Source: the human T2T-CHM13v2.0 reference genome, Homo sapiens
Reading direction: 5' to 3' (one strand)
DNA length: 64,000 nucleotides
Assembly: GCF_009914755.1 (NCBI RefSeq)
Contig: NC_060932.1
A program made the position numbers and the translations under genes. Position 1 is the first letter of the stretch. Each line of letters begins with the position of its first letter. This document shows positions 27,458-45,500 of the stretch, one piece after another. The notes beneath the pieces were generated by a model. It was not told the DNA's origin. It worked only from the letters and a program-made list of their open reading frames with translations, and did not search any database.

Positions 27458-28386
27458 GAGGTTTAGCACATTAATTTTTCACCCTTTCTTGTTTCTTATT
27501 ATAAGTATTTAAGGCTATAAATCTTCTTTTACTTTGGATTTAAAAATTATGTATATTTAAGTTGTAAATGGCTCTAAATCTGTCTCTATCTGCATCTCAC
27601 AATTCTTGATTTGTAGTTCTTTTGTTATCTTTCAGTTGTATGTATTTTCTATTTTTTAGTATTTTCTAATTTTTATTCTTCTATAGCCCATGAGTAATTT
27701 AGAAGTATGTTTTTGAATTTTCTAATGTGTAATTTTGTTTGATAGTTCGTTTTGCTGCTGATTGTTAATTTAACTTTTTTGTCAGATATTGCAATGTATG
27801 AGATATAGATTCTCTGAAATTTGTCAATATCTATTTTATGGCCTGAAATGTGGTTAATTTTTATAAACCGTGTGTGCTTGAAAAGAATGTGTATTCTCAA
27901 GTTGTTGGATGCATTGTTTCATAGACACACATTAAATTAACCTTGTGCTGTTCAAATTTTTATATCATTATTGATTTGTTGCTGTTTGACATATCAGTTA
28001 GTGAGGAGGTATGTTAAAATCTTCCATTTATGTGGATTTGTCCATTTCTCTGTAGTCCAGATATTTTTTGCCTTATACTTTGAAATGTGTTATTAAGTGC
28101 ATATATATGTAAATTGTTTTTTTTTCCAGGTAGTTATTCATTTTTATTTTTTATTTTTTTATTTTTTATTTATTTATTTTTATTATACTTTAAGTTTTAG
28201 GGTACATGTGCACAATGTGCAGGTTAGTTACATATGTATACATGTGCCATGCTGGTGCACTGCACCCACAAACTTGTCATCTAGCATTAGGTATATCTCC
28301 CAATGCTATCCCTCCCCACTCCCCCCAACCCACAACAGTCCCCAGAGTGTGATGTTCCCCTTCCTGTGTCCATGTGTTCTTATTGT

Positions 28387-32225
<3,839 letters not shown>

Positions 32226-32288
32226 TATGATGTTAGCTGGTTATTTTGCTCCTTAGTTGATGCAGTTTCTTCCTAGTCTCGATGGTCT

Positions 32289-33305
32289 TTACATTTTGGC
32301 ATGATTTTGCAGTGGCTGGTACCGGTTGTTCCTTTCCATATTTAGCACTTCCTTCAGGAGCTCTTTTAGGGCAGGCCTGGTGGTGACAAAATCTCTCAGC
32401 ATTTGCTTGTCTGTAAAGTATTTTATTTCTCCTTAACTTATGAAGCTTAGTTTGGCTGGATATGAAATTCTGGGTTGAAAATTCTTTTCTTTAAGAATGT
32501 TGAATATTGGCCCTCACTCTCTTCTGGCTTGTAGAGTTTCTGCCGAGAGATCTGCTGTTAGTCTGATGGGCTTCCCTTTGAGGGTAACCCGACCTTTCTC
32601 TCTGGCTGCCCTTAACATTTTTTCCTTCATTTCAACTTTGGTGAATTTGACAATTATGTGTCTTGGTGTTGCTCTTCTCGAGGAGTATCTTTGTGGTGTT
32701 CTCTGTATTTCCTGATTCTGAATGTTGGCCTGCCTTGCTAGATTGGGGAAGTTCTCCTGGATAATATCCTGCAGAGTGTTTTCCAACTTGGTTCCATTCT
32801 CCCGGTCACTTTCAGGCACACCAATCAGACGTAGATTTGGTCTTTTCACGTAGTCCCATATTTCTTGGAGGCTTTGCTCGTTTCTTTTTATTCTTTTTTC
32901 TCTAAACTTCCCTTCTCGCTTCATTTCATTCATTTCATCTTCCATCGTTGATACCCTTTCTTCCAGTTGATCGCATCGGCTCCTGAGGCTTCTGCATTCT
33001 TCACGTAGTTCTCGAGCCTTGGTTTTCAGCTCCATCAGCTCCTTTAAGCACTTCTCTGTATTGGTTATTCTAGTTATACATTCTTCTAAATTTTTTTCAA
33101 AGTTTTCAACTTCTTTGCCTTTGGTTTGAATGTCCTCCCATAGCTTGGAGTAATTTGATCATCTGAAGCCTTCTTCTCTCAGCTCGTCAAAGTCATTCTC
33201 CATCCAGCTTTGTTCCGTTGCTGGTGAGGAACTGCATTCCTTTGGAGGAGGAGAGGCACTCTGCTTTTTAGAGTTTCCAGTTTTTCTGTTCTGTTTTTTC
33301 CCCAT
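32289..33305 (-). pseudogene. L1 ORF1 (RNA-binding chaperone), disrupted
   Basis: Canonical 1017-nt span. ORF 32514..33035 matches ORF1p (REKGRVTLKGKPIR), ends in a premature stop, and does not extend up to the ATG at 33305. Confidence 0.93.
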
Positions 33306-33760
33306 CTTTGTGGTTTTATCTACTTTTGGTCTTTGATGATGGTGATGTACAGATGGGTTTTTGGTGTGGATGTCCTTTCTGTTTCTTAGTTTTCTTTCTA
33401 ACGGACAGGACCCTCAGCTGCAGGTCTGTTGGAATACCCTGCCATGTGAGGTGTCAGTGTGCCCCTGCTGGGGGGTGCCTCCCAGTTAGGCTGCTCAGGG
33501 GTCAGGGGTCAGGGACCCACTTGCGGAGGCAGTCTGCCCATTCTCAGATCTCCAGCTGCGTGCTGGGAGAACCACTGCTCTCTTCAAAGCTGTCAGACAG
33601 GGACATTTAAGTCTGCAGAGGTTACTGCTGTCTTTTTGTTTGTCTGTGCCCTGCCCCCAGAGGTGGAGCCTACAGAGGCAGGCAGGCCTCCTTGAGCTGT
33701 GGTGGGCTCCACCCAGTTCGAGCTTCCTGGCTCCTTTGTTTACCCAAGCAAGCCTGGGCA

Positions 33761-34069
33761 ATGGCGGGCGCCCCTCCCCCAGCCTCACTGCCACCTTGCA
33801 GTTTGATCTCAGACTGCTGTGCTAGCAATCAGCAAGACTCTGTGGGTGTAGGACCCTCTGAGCCAGGTGCGGGATATAATCTCCTGGTTCGCCGTTTTTT
33901 AAGCCAGTCGGAAAAGCGCAGTATTAGGGTGGGAGTGACCCGATTTTCCAGATGCCGTCTGTCACCACTTTCTTTGACTAGGAAAGGGAACTCCCTGACC
34001 CCTTGTGCTTCCCGAGTGAGGCAATGCCTCGCCCTGCTTCTGCTCTCGCACAGTGCGCGCACCCACTGA
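33761..34069 (+). CDS. L1 antisense ORF0, open, 102 aa
   Basis: MAGAPPPASLPPCSLISDCCASNQ... matches the primate L1 ORF0 N-terminus. ATG in strong Kozak context (GCAATGG). Expression unknown. Confidence 0.6.
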   Translation: MAGAPPPASLPPCSLISDCCASNQQDSVGVGPSEPGAGYNLLVRRFLSQSEKRSIRVGVTRFSRCRLSPLSLTRKGNSLTPCASRVRQCLALLLLSHSARTH

Positions 34070-34736
34070 CCTGTGCCCACTGTCTGGCACTCCCTAATGA
34101 GATGAACCCGGTACCTGAGATGGAAATGCAGAAATCACCTGTCTTCTGCGTCGGTCATGCTGGGAGCTGTAGACCGGAGGTGTTCCTATTCGGCCATCTT
34201 GGCTCCTCCTCCTAGTTATTCCATATGTAAATTGTTATATCTTCTTGATGAATTGAGATTTTTATGTAGTCATCTTTTTTTATCAATAATCCTTTTGCCT
34301 TGAAGTCTATTTTGTCTCATACTAATAAAACTGTACCAGTTTTTAAATTAGTGTTTTCTTGATTTTTCTATAAATTTGACATTAAATTTTTGTTTTATTT
34401 TAAATTTTTGTATGTTAAGCTTTAGATGGTGTCTCTTGCAATAACTTAGAGTTGTATTTTCTTTTTAATCCAGTCTGACAATATTTGTCTTTTAACCAGG
34501 TAATCTAGGCAGTTTACATTGATCATGATTAATATTATATTTGGATTCATTTCTATCATCTTATAATGGTTTGGACTGAAGTGTTGATCTGGATTGTTGC
34601 ACATCCCTTGGTTGAAAGATGTTACAGCCACTGAATCACCCAATCACTGATCCACATCCTATTATTTTGAACTATCCCTATGGCCCCCAATAGCATAGTG
34701 ACTTAGGGTTAAATGGCAGTGTAAAAGGATACAGGA

Positions 34737-35027
34737 GGCTGGGTGCAGTGGCTCACGCCTGTAATCCCAGCACTTTGGGAAGCCAACGTGGGTAGATCAC
34801 AAGGTCAGGAGTTCGAGACTAGCCTGACCAACATGGTGAAATCCCGTCTCTACTAAAAATACAAAAATTAGCTGGGCATGGTGGCTCATGCCTGTAATCC
34901 CAGCTACTCAGGAGGCTGAGACAGGAGAATCACTTGAACCCAGGAGGTGGAGGTTGCCGTGAGCTGAGATCACACCATTGCACTCCAGCCTGGGCGACAG
35001 AGCAAGACTCCATCTCAAAAAAAAAAA
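34737..35027 (+). mobile_element. AluS (Sg-like)
   Basis: Full dimer, GATCACAAGGTCAGGAGTTCGAG. Decayed TSD AAAAGGATACAGGA / AAATGTATACGGGA. Confidence 0.93.
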
Positions 35028-35179
35028 TGTATACGGGAACTGGAGATGGTAAGTGGGCTGAAGAGCAGTTTCAGGAAAGAAGTTCATCATCATCCTATAT
35101 TTAAAGGACTATGATATGTGTATAAAAGAGGGATTAAAACATGAGCAGCAAATGACAGAACTAGAGCAAATGAGTGGAA

Positions 35180-35430
35180 TAATACCTTATTCCTTGAGCA
35201 GCTGTTATGTGCCAGGAAAATTGCTAAATACTTTTCACATATAGCTTAATTCATACAACAAACCACTGAGGGAAGGGCTCATCATCCTTATTTCATAGGT
35301 GAGAAAAATGAGGCTCAGAGAGATTAAAGAAGATACTTGAAGTCAAACAACTAGTAACTGGCAGAATTGGGAATCATACTCAATTTTGTATGACTCTAAA
35401 ACCCTTGTTCTTTTTACTGAATTACATCAC
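35180..35430 (-). mobile_element. MIR
   Basis: 'TATGTGCCAGG...ATAGGTGAGAAAAATGAGGCTCAGAGAGATTAA...AACTAGTAACTGGCAGA'. Confidence 0.75.
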
Positions 35431-36677
35431 AGAGAGGTGAACTGGTAAATACCAAATGAAGGAAGAATACTTTTTATAATTAAAATTCATAAAAAAGTAA
35501 TGAACTATCATTTGAAATGGTAAGCATCCCATCACTGGGCATTTCTAAACAGAGGTAATGTGGTCATGTGTCAGGACTGTTATAGTGAGAGTTTTACTTT
35601 GAGTGGGAAGTTGTACTTTAGAACAGACGCTTGGATTAGATGGTCATTAATTATGGTCTATTTCAGTTTCCATGAGGTTATTGAAACTGTGCCAGAGCTT
35701 AACAAATGCATGATTTTCAAAACTCTCCCTACCTTCTGAAACTAGCCGCAATGTGAACTTGTCCTTTCTTCACTTAGCCTCCTTAACTCACTGCAGTGTT
35801 ATGTGATGTGTACAGGTGGGGACTTTAATAAAACCCTATTTGATGATGACTTGATGAAAGTCTATTTGGCCTGTTTAGATAGGAGAAAAACAAGTCATGT
35901 GTATAAGTGCAGTGTAAGGTTCTTTAATTTGAAATACTGGAGCCAAGCAATGCAAAAGCTGAGAGACTCCATTTAATAGCATGTTAATATATTAAAACCC
36001 TTAATAATAAATTCATAGCACTTAAAATACAAATATTTCTACAATGTAATATTATTTTACAGATGGTATTTAGTAAATAGCCAGTATTTACTGGGAAGTG
36101 GGGAATTCATTGTCCTTTGTGCCTTGCTTTGTTGACACATTCTACCATGTGAAGGCCAAGAGCCCGTAAGAATAGAAAAACCTTTCTGTCAGCAGCAGCC
36201 TCATCAAGCTGGTCCCTCTGTAGACTCTGCTCTGTCCACTTATTTTCTTTATCCTTACTGCTAATCCATCAAGTAACCATTTCGCCTTCTTTTAAAGCCC
36301 AGCCACAAGCATTATTTCTTCCCGGAGCTTTCATTGACCTGTGCCTCTCCCTGCACTGTACCTCTCGAGGTATCCAGTAGTGGCAGTTGAAGTATATGAA
36401 GAAGGATTTTATACATTATTTACTTTTGTTCTGAGTAGTTCTTTTAAACCTTGTGAAAGCAATTTCACAAGTGTTTCCTATAGTATTGCTCTGATGTGGA
36501 TAGGAAAGACCTCATTATAGCCTTTGGACATGAAGAAACTGAGACATCAGGAGGCTGAGAATTGCCAAATAGTGGTAGAGTTTTAGCATCTTTCAGCTCC
36601 ACAGCTCTACTAGCCAAATGTGCGTTCCAAAATATTTCCCACAGGTTTCTGACTCTTGGATTTTAAGTAGTATGTTA

Positions 36678-37028
<351 letters not shown>

Positions 37029-37427
37029 TCATTATTTGAATGGGCCAAGCAAGGGCTGACCAATGCATAGAGAGAAGTATGGTTATTGAATCCCTACTAG
37101 AATGTGAACAAATTTTGAGAAAGGCCTACCATTGAGGTGAGTGTGCTGTAACCTGAGCACGTGAGACCAAAAAAACACCTGAGAAAAATTTTTGCTTTCA
37201 AAATTCATCCATGTGACTCTATAGATTGGATATTCTGGTTTCATCCATTTAGCCCCAAACTGACAGAGGGTTGTCTTGGGCAGTCAGAGATGTGTAGTGT
37301 AAAGATTATTGGGCACTACTTAGGAGCCAAAGGTTCTAATTATGGAGCGTCTTAAGATTAGATTCATCTTTTTTACTTTCCTGGCCTCAGCTCTCTCTTA
37401 TGGCAAGTGAGGGGTTTGCAATGAGGT

Positions 37428-37606
37428 CAGTGGTTCTCAGACCATAGCCTTTGGAGTACATGGACCAGAATCGCCAGGTTATTTGTTAAAAGTTGAGATG
37501 CTGGACTCCATCTAGGCCTACTGAATTGGAATCTCTGGAGTGGCACTTGTTTATCTGCCTTTTGACAAGCTGACCAAATATGCACACTAAAGTTTGAGTA
37601 CCTCTG
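37428..37606. mobile_element. MER5A
   Basis: CAGTGGTTCTCA...AAAGTTTGAGTACCTCTG; internal 'CCTACTGAATTGGAATCTCTGG'. Confidence 0.8.
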
Positions 37607-38569
37607 GATGATGTAGATTCTAAGGTTCCTTCCAGCTCTATGATACTTTGAATGAGAAAGACAAAGACAGACAGCAATTACGGATTTCATTTCAGGTTTC
37701 TTTACTATTCTTTAATGTCAGAGCCTTTAGTGATTTTAAATTTGCCAGAAATCACCTAATTAGCATGTGATGACAATATACTATTTTCATTTTTTATGTC
37801 TGCCTCCCCCAGCTTATTATCAGCATTGTTTCTATTTCTTTTGTGCATTACTACAGTAATCATCAATCTCTTCTTATTCACTTCCATCCTTTGTATCATC
37901 ATCAGAGATTTTTGGTGTTGTTTTTGTCCATAAAACAACAAACACAAAAAATGTCCCTCACATGATTAATAAGTTGCTTTTTTTTCTGGCAATAAAAACC
38001 CTTAATTTCTCAGCATGGCTTACTAGACCTTTCCAAGTATTATTTATCTTTGTAGTTTTATCTCCCAAATTTTTACCCACATCCAGCCAGGAATCCTTTA
38101 ATTCTCAAACTAGTTTAGGTAGCTGATTACCTAGAGTCATCTTGTTTCTTTCTTTCTTATTAAATATGAAATAGCTTTATAGTTAACTTCATTGTACGAT
38201 CTGGTACAATTTTATTCATAGAAAATATTACTATATGATAACATTTTAGACCGTAAGCATTTATTAATAATAAAAAAAAACCAAGCACTGGATTTAGTTT
38301 GGCTCTCTCTGAGTTTTTTACCTAATATATTTTCTATCTTTTTTAACTGTTTGCTACCTCTTTCTGTTAGAAAAGTGAAGAAAAATACCAAAGAAATATT
38401 TTTGTAAGAATAACTTAAAATTAAGAGTATTCCACATATCAATTTAAAAACAAAATTTCAACAGATTGCTACAGATTGCTTTTATATGGTTTAAATAATA
38501 AATTACTTTGATTCCATTTATGGAGCACTGGTGTTTTTTGTGAACGCTGTTAGGTAACAGGACCTGTGT

Positions 38570-38872
38570 CCCTGTGGTTCTCTTTCTGGAATGCCTTTCT
38601 GAAGCTTCTCCTCTTAAAGAATTCCTGCTCATTTTTCAAGACCCAGTAGATTTGTCACCAATTGCAAAGCCTTTTCTGACCCTCATAGAAATAACTATCA
38701 ACTCTCTCCTCTATATTTTCCAGATTTCTTGGTATGTTCATCTCTACTTAAAAAACTAATATCTAACATCATTATAATAATAATGATTATTCTGTTTATC
38801 TCCTCTCTTCCTCTCTTGCCTCTATGGGTCCTGGCACAAAGTTTATGTTCCATAATTGATGTTAAATGAATG
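38570..38872 (+). mobile_element. L2 3' fragment
   Basis: 'CTGGAATGCC...AAGCCTTTTCTGACC...CCTGGCACA...GTTAAATGAATG'. Confidence 0.6.
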
Positions 38873-39419
38873 TCTTGTTTTGACTAAGATATTTGTTCCT
38901 TAAGAACCTTATCCGTCTTACCTTTATTCTGTAGGACCAAGAACACAAGATCTTATGTGTACCCATTTAGCGATGACAGACTGACCAAGTGATCTGGCTT
39001 TTCTCCACGCTCTGGGAAATAGTTTAACTCTGTCAAAGAGCAGTCAAGAAAAGTTCATATATTGAGAGTGATGTGATGATGGCTGTTTGAAAAGCTTGGA
39101 ACTACCTTTTTAGATCAAATAGGCTTGGTTCTGTCTCAAATCTGGATTAGGGCCAATACTTTGATAACCCAGTCAGCAAAGATCAGAAGTCAAGAATTCA
39201 CAATCTTTCATCGTGCTCTGAAATCATTTGTCAATAAACAACAAAGACCTTCTAGGGCTGGATATTAGAGAGGGAAGTAGCCGAGAGCTTGGAAGGGGAG
39301 CTTTTCTATCAGCTGAGGACTCTGGATGGGAAAAAGGCTTAGTTCAGGTCTGGTAAAGAATTTGAGAATAAGCGAAATTCAAGGACACAGTAGTCAAGAA
39401 AGTGTTTAGTACTGGGTGT

Positions 39420-39960
39420 TGGCTCGGATGTGAGGAAAAAGGCACTTTACACTGTTAGTGAGGACAGAAGTAGAAATTGGTACAGCCTTTCTGGAGTGCA
39501 GTTCTGCAAGGTGTATTAAAAATGTTAAAGGTGTTTATACTTTTTTTCCCACCAATTCTACTTCTAAGAATTTTTCCTAATGACATACTCTAATAAGTAT
39601 ACCAGGATTTTTGTATAAAGAAATTTATTTAGAACAACTATAAAGGTCCCAAAATAGGGAACTGATTAAACAAATTGATTAATCTATACAAGGTAATATC
39701 ACACAGGCATTCAAATAATGATGTAGAGATATATTTATAGAAAAGGAAAGGGGTATATGATGTATTATCAGATTTAAGAATCTATTTATGAAATAATAGG
39801 TAGATTATGATTATTTTTTGTAAAACAGATATATACATGTATATATATATTTTATATATACACACACATATGCTACACAATTTATGGAAGTTGTCAATGA
39901 GAGATTTTTTTTAGTTTACCTTGATGTTACAAATTTTCTACAGATAATATATAATACTCA
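39420..39960 (+). mobile_element. Ancient L1ME 3' fragment
   Basis: 'GGATGTGAGGAAAAAGGCACT...AATTGGTACAGCCTTTCTGGAG...AATTCTACTTCTAAGAATTT'. Confidence 0.65.
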
Positions 39961-40322
39961 AATTATAAAGAAATAATTTTTTCAAACTATATTTTTCAAA
40001 ATATTTCAAAAATTTCAAAAATAATTATTTTTCAAAATAATTTTGAAAAAGTTATTTCTTATAGAAGGGATAATTCTTTCAGATTGGTATTCTCCAGGTT
40101 GACTGAATAGTGCTTGGAACAGAGTACATGTGTGATATGTATTAGCAAATTTAATGACTGAGTGAATAGGCAAATGACTTTACTCCAAACTTGGTAGTGT
40201 AGGTTTTATTGGTGAGAATTTTCTAAATTTTATCCATTCATCTTCCACTGGAACTGCATCTGTAGGATAGCTGATTTTTGATTCCTGAGATCTTTTCTTT
40301 TTTTTTTTTTCCTGGTTTTCAC

Positions 40323-42495
40323 TTTTTTTTTTCTCTCTTCAACTTTTATTTTAAGTTCTGGGTTACTAGTGCAGGATGTACAGATTTGTTACGTAGGTAA
40401 ACATGTGCCATGGTGGTTTGCTGCACAGATCAACCCATCACCTAGGTATAAAGCTCAGCATCCATTAGCTTTTCTTCCTGATGCTCTTCCTCCCCTGAAC
40501 CGCTCTCCCAATAGGCCCCAATATGTGTTGTTTCCCCCAGTGTGTCCATGTGCTCTCATCATTCAGCTCCCACTTATAAGTGAGAACATGTGGTGTTTGG
40601 TTTTCTGTTCCTGGATTAGTTTGCTGAGGATAATGGCTTCCAGCTCCATCCATGTCCCTGCACAGGACATGATCTTATTCCTTTTTATGGTTGCATAGTA
40701 TTCCATTATGTATATGTACCACATTTTCTTTATCCAGTCTATCCTGGATGGTCATTTGGGTTGATTCCATGTCTTTGCTGTTGTGAATAGTGCTGCAATG
40801 AACATATATGTGCATGTATCTTTATAATGGAATGATTTATATTCCTTTGGTTATATACCCAGTAATGGGATTGCCGGATCAAATGGCATTTCTGCTTCTA
40901 GATCTTTGAGGAATTTCCACACTGTCTTCCACAATTGTTGAACTAATTTACACTCCCACCAACAGTGTAACAGCATTCCTTTTTCTTCACAAACTTGCCA
41001 GCATCAGTTGTTTCTTGACTTTTCAATGAACCACCATTCTGATTGCATAAGATGGTATTTCACTGTGGTTTTGATTTGCATTTCTCTAATGACCAGTGAT
41101 GAAAAGCTTTTTTTAATATACTTGTTGGTTGCATGAATGTCTTCTTTTGAGAAGTGTCTGTTCATGTCCCTTGCCCACTTTTTAATGGGGTTGTTTAATT
41201 TTTTCTTGTAAATTTGTTTAAGTTCTTTGTAGATTCTAGATATTAGACCTCTCTCAGATTATTAGATTGCAAACATTTTCTCCCATTCTGTAGGTTGTCT
41301 GTTCACTCTGATGATAGTTTCTTTTGCTGTGCAGAAGCTCTTTAGTTTAATTAGATCCCATTTGTCAAGTTTTGCTTTTGTTGCAATTGCTTTTGGTGTT
41401 TTCATAATTAAATCTTTGCCCATGCCTCTGTCCTGAATGGTATTGCCTAGATTTTGTTCTAGGTTTTTTATAGTTTTGGGTTTTACATTTACATCTTTAA
41501 TCCATCTTGAGTTAATTTTTGTATAAGGTATAAGTAAGGGGTCCAGTTTCAATTTTCTGCATATGGCTAGCCAGTTCTCCCAGCACCATTTATTATAAAG
41601 AGAATCCTTTCCACATTGTTTGTTTTTGTCAGGTTTGTTGAAGATGAGATGTTTGTAGGTGTGTGGTCTTATTTTTGAGTTCTCTATTCTGTTCCATTCT
41701 ATGTGTCTGTTTTTTGTACCACTACCATGCTGTTTTGGTTACTTTAGACTTGTAGTATAGTTTTAAGGTGGGTAGCATGATGGCTCCAACTTTGTTCTTT
41801 TTGCTTAGGATTGTCTTGACTATTCAGCCTCTTTGTTCCATACAAGCTTTAAAATTTTTTGTTCTAATTCTGTGAAGAATGTCGGTAGTTTAATGGAAAT
41901 AGCATTGAATCTTTAAATTAGTTTGGGCAGTATGACCATTTTGATGATATTGATTCCTCCTATCCATGAGCATGGAATGTTTCTCCATTTGTTTGTGTCC
42001 TCTCTGATTTATTTGATCAGTGGTTTGTAATTCTCCTTGGAGGGGTCCTTCACTTCCCTTGTTAGCTGTATTCCTAGGCATTTTATTCTTTTTGTAGGAA
42101 TTGTGAATGGGAGTTCATTCATGATTTGGCCCTGCTTGCCTGTTGTTGGTGTATAGTAATGCTAGTGATTTTTGCATATTGATTTTGTATCCTGAGCCTT
42201 TGCTGAAGTTTCTTATCAGCTTAAGATGCTTTTGGGCTGAGACGATGGGGTTTTCTAGATATAAGATCATGTCATCTGCAAACAAAGATAATTTGACTTC
42301 CTCTCCTCCTATTTCAGTAATCTTTATTTCTTTCTCTTGCCTGATTGCCCTGGCCAGAACTTCCAACACTATGTTGAACAGGAGTGGTGAGAGAGGGCAT
42401 CCTTGTCTTGTACCAGTTTTCAAGGGGAATGCTTTCAGCTTTTGCCCACTCAGTGTGATATTGCCTGTGGGTTTGTCATATATGGCTCTGATTAT
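40323..42495 (-). mobile_element. 5'-truncated L1PA (PA10-PA13-like), ~2.2 kb
   Basis: ORF2 peptides ([16 protein letters not shown]...FADD; [18 protein letters not shown]) and 3'UTR 'GTGCAGGATGTACAGATTTGTTACGTAGGTAAAC'. Confidence 0.88.
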
Positions 42496-42539
42496 ATCAT
42501 GATATGAGGTTACATCCCTTCCTTGGTATGAGTTTGTGC

Positions 42540-45500
42540 CCCTTCCTGTGTCTGAGTGTTGACGATATATTTCTGACTGGTCATTAGTTGTTTTTGTTCA
42601 TTTCATTAAGGGTTTTGAGAGTCAGGTTCCATTAACCAGTGTCATTCCACCATTTTATTCTGTGACTTCTTTTGGTGCTATTACATTTAGAAAATTCTTC
42701 CTCTCTAAAATGTGGTAAATATTTACCTACTTAGCTTTTAAAATATATTTTCATTTAATTCTAAAATGTATTTGAAATTAATTTTTATATGATGTGAAGT
42801 GAGACCACAAGTTGATATTTTTCTTTTGAAATACATAACCAGTTTTACACAAACCGTTTATAGAGTAGTCCATTTTTTCCATATTGGTTTATGATGTATG
42901 TTCTGTCACATATTAAGTTATAATGTGTACAAGGCTCTATTTCAGGCCTGTTTGTTTTGTTGTGTTAATTCGTCTGTTGATTCTTATACCACCATTACAC
43001 TATTTTGTATGTGTTATAAAAGGCAGTTTAATATTGAGTTTGGGTACATTTCCACTGATTTTACTTTTTTAAACAGTTGAACTATTTTCACACACAATAT
43101 TTGCCAAATGCAATGCTTGACATTATATCAAAAATATAAATTAATTTTGGAATAATTAACATGTTTTATTATGTAGTCTACCTCTCCGGGAGCATATTTT
43201 ATCTTTCCATTTGTTTAAGTTTTCTTCTATCTTGCATCCCTCAAGGTTTTACTTAAGAAATTTATAGTTTGTAAGTATTATGTATTGACCTTTCCCTCAT
43301 TACATTTTCTAATTATTGTTAGTATATAGAAAATTGAATCTTGAATATGTATTTTATAATTAGTGATTTTCTTGAGTATTATTATTGATTTTGGTTCTTT
43401 TTGTATCTTTTAGAAAAGCAATCATACCTTCTGCAAATAATTATAACTTCTATTCTCTTTTGAAATAGTTGTATCTTGTTTCTTTTCTTGCATGTTAGTA
43501 TGATCTTGGACATCCTTACCTTCCTCCTGATTTTAATGAGAGCAGCTTTAATAATTTGCAGCTAAGAGGTAACTGGCCTAAAAGAAATTAGGAAATACAC
43601 TTAGCTTCCTAGTGAGGCTTAAAAATCAGAAAAAAAAACAGTGTTGAATTTTATCAAATGATCTTTTGTTCTTTTTTTAAAATAATTATGTCCTCTTATT
43701 TGACCTAGTGATGCAATGTGTTATATTAATATATTTCTAATATTAAACAATCCTTGCATTTCTGAGGTAATCCCTACTTGATTATGCTGGGTTATTGTTT
43801 TAATATACTTTGACTTAATTTTCCAGATTTGTTATTTAGAATTTTCACAACTGTATTCATAAATAAAACTTGTTTGGAAGAACATTTCTTGAAATGCATT
43901 CTAAGAAGGAATGTTATGAGGAAGAAATGGTTCCGTGGTCAAATACACTTGAGAAAGGCAGATTAAAACATTTTAACAAATTTCTTTGCTTTAGGTTTCT
44001 CAGAGACTTTAATATGCTAATACATGCTGTAATCTCTGAGGGAGTGCTTTTCAAGCACACTCACAATAGATTCCATTCCCCCCTCAGAAAGTGACACTAA
44101 TTTCCACAGAACCCTCTTTGGAATATTAATCATTGTCATATTTTGTTATGAGGGTTATGTCAACGTCATAAAGTGAGTTAGGATAGCTTTTCCTACTTTA
44201 ACCTACCCTGGAATGGATTATATAATGCGGGTCTCATAAGTTTCTTGAAAACGTGAAAGGCCTAGAACCAGTTTTGCAAATTATCCCTTAATAACATTTG
44301 CTAAATTTTCCATGGCTATTCAGCTTTCTTATAATATTGAATCAATGTTATTAATTCATATTTCTAGAAAATGGTTCACTTTATTGAAATTTTTAAATTT
44401 GTTAAAACGTGATTGTGAGTGGAATTCTCTTTTAATTCTTAAAATATGTTTCATTTACCTGTTGGTAAATACAATGAAATGAAATGATCTGTGCCAAATA
44501 CTTGAAACAGTGCATGGCACATGGTAAATGGTAAATGTTTTATTTCCTCCCCCTTTTTCTTATTCTGTATCTTTCTTTTTCAAAAAATTTAGATTTGTCA
44601 GAACTTTGTTGATTTAAAAACTTTGTTTCCCAGATAATAACCTCTTCTGCTTATCTTTTAATCTACTTATCTCTTCCATCTATTTATTTGATTGTTTAAA
44701 AATTCATCACTGTTCACCCTAGATTTATATTTTATTCTTCCTGCTTTTTTATAGTTTTTTTCTTTCTTTTCTAGCTAGCTTCTTGAATTGATTGAATAAT
44801 TCTTTTAAAACAAAATTCTTGATTAGTAATGAAAATATTCAAGTCTATCAATTTGATTTAAAAATAGTTCTGTATTTTGTGGTCCTTTATGCACATTGTA
44901 CAAAACTCAAAGCATACAAAAGGGCTTACAGATAATAGTGAATTTTCTTCATTCTCCTGCCTTAGTCTTCTTGTTCCTCACCAGGAGGTAACCACAATTA
45001 TGATGTTCTTGTGTTTCCTTCCAGAGGTATTCTAAGTGGATTTGGCTATTGAGTACAGCTTTGTCAGAACTATATATATTTTTATTTAATTATTACTTTC
45101 ATTATTTTAAAATAGAATTTGCTATTAATTTAAATTTCTCACTTGATACAATAATTAGGAGGGTCAAATTAAAATACTTATTCATAGGACATTTTTTGTT
45201 ATTAATTTCTAGTTTTGCTGCATTGTGATTAAAGAATGTAGTCTATAATTTCTGCTACTTTGAAAGTCCTGAGGTTAATCATGTGAACAATTACAAGGTC
45301 AAATCTTATAAATATTTTATGAAATATTTTAAAATTTATAATCTTCAAAGGGCACAAAGTATATAATTAATTCAAAATAATTTTTATTTATTGTGGTTTA
45401 CTTGATCTATTACAGACAGCAATAAATTTATTTCCTTCTCAAATCGAAATTTTGTTGTTTTATTTATCCTTATAATAACTTAAAAATTTGTATGCCATAA

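Noticed and set aside
35840-35870. C/D-box snoRNA (TGATGA motifs)
   Set aside because: No suitably placed D box with a terminal stem was found.
39970-40056. TTTCAAAA repeats with hairpin potential
   Set aside because: Low-complexity AT-rich sequence at an old L1 tail; symmetry expected by chance.
40291-40332. Double poly(T) around CCTGGTTTTCAC as a 3' transduction of the 40-kb L1
   Set aside because: No convincing TSD at ~42496; could be tail decay or an A-rich target site.
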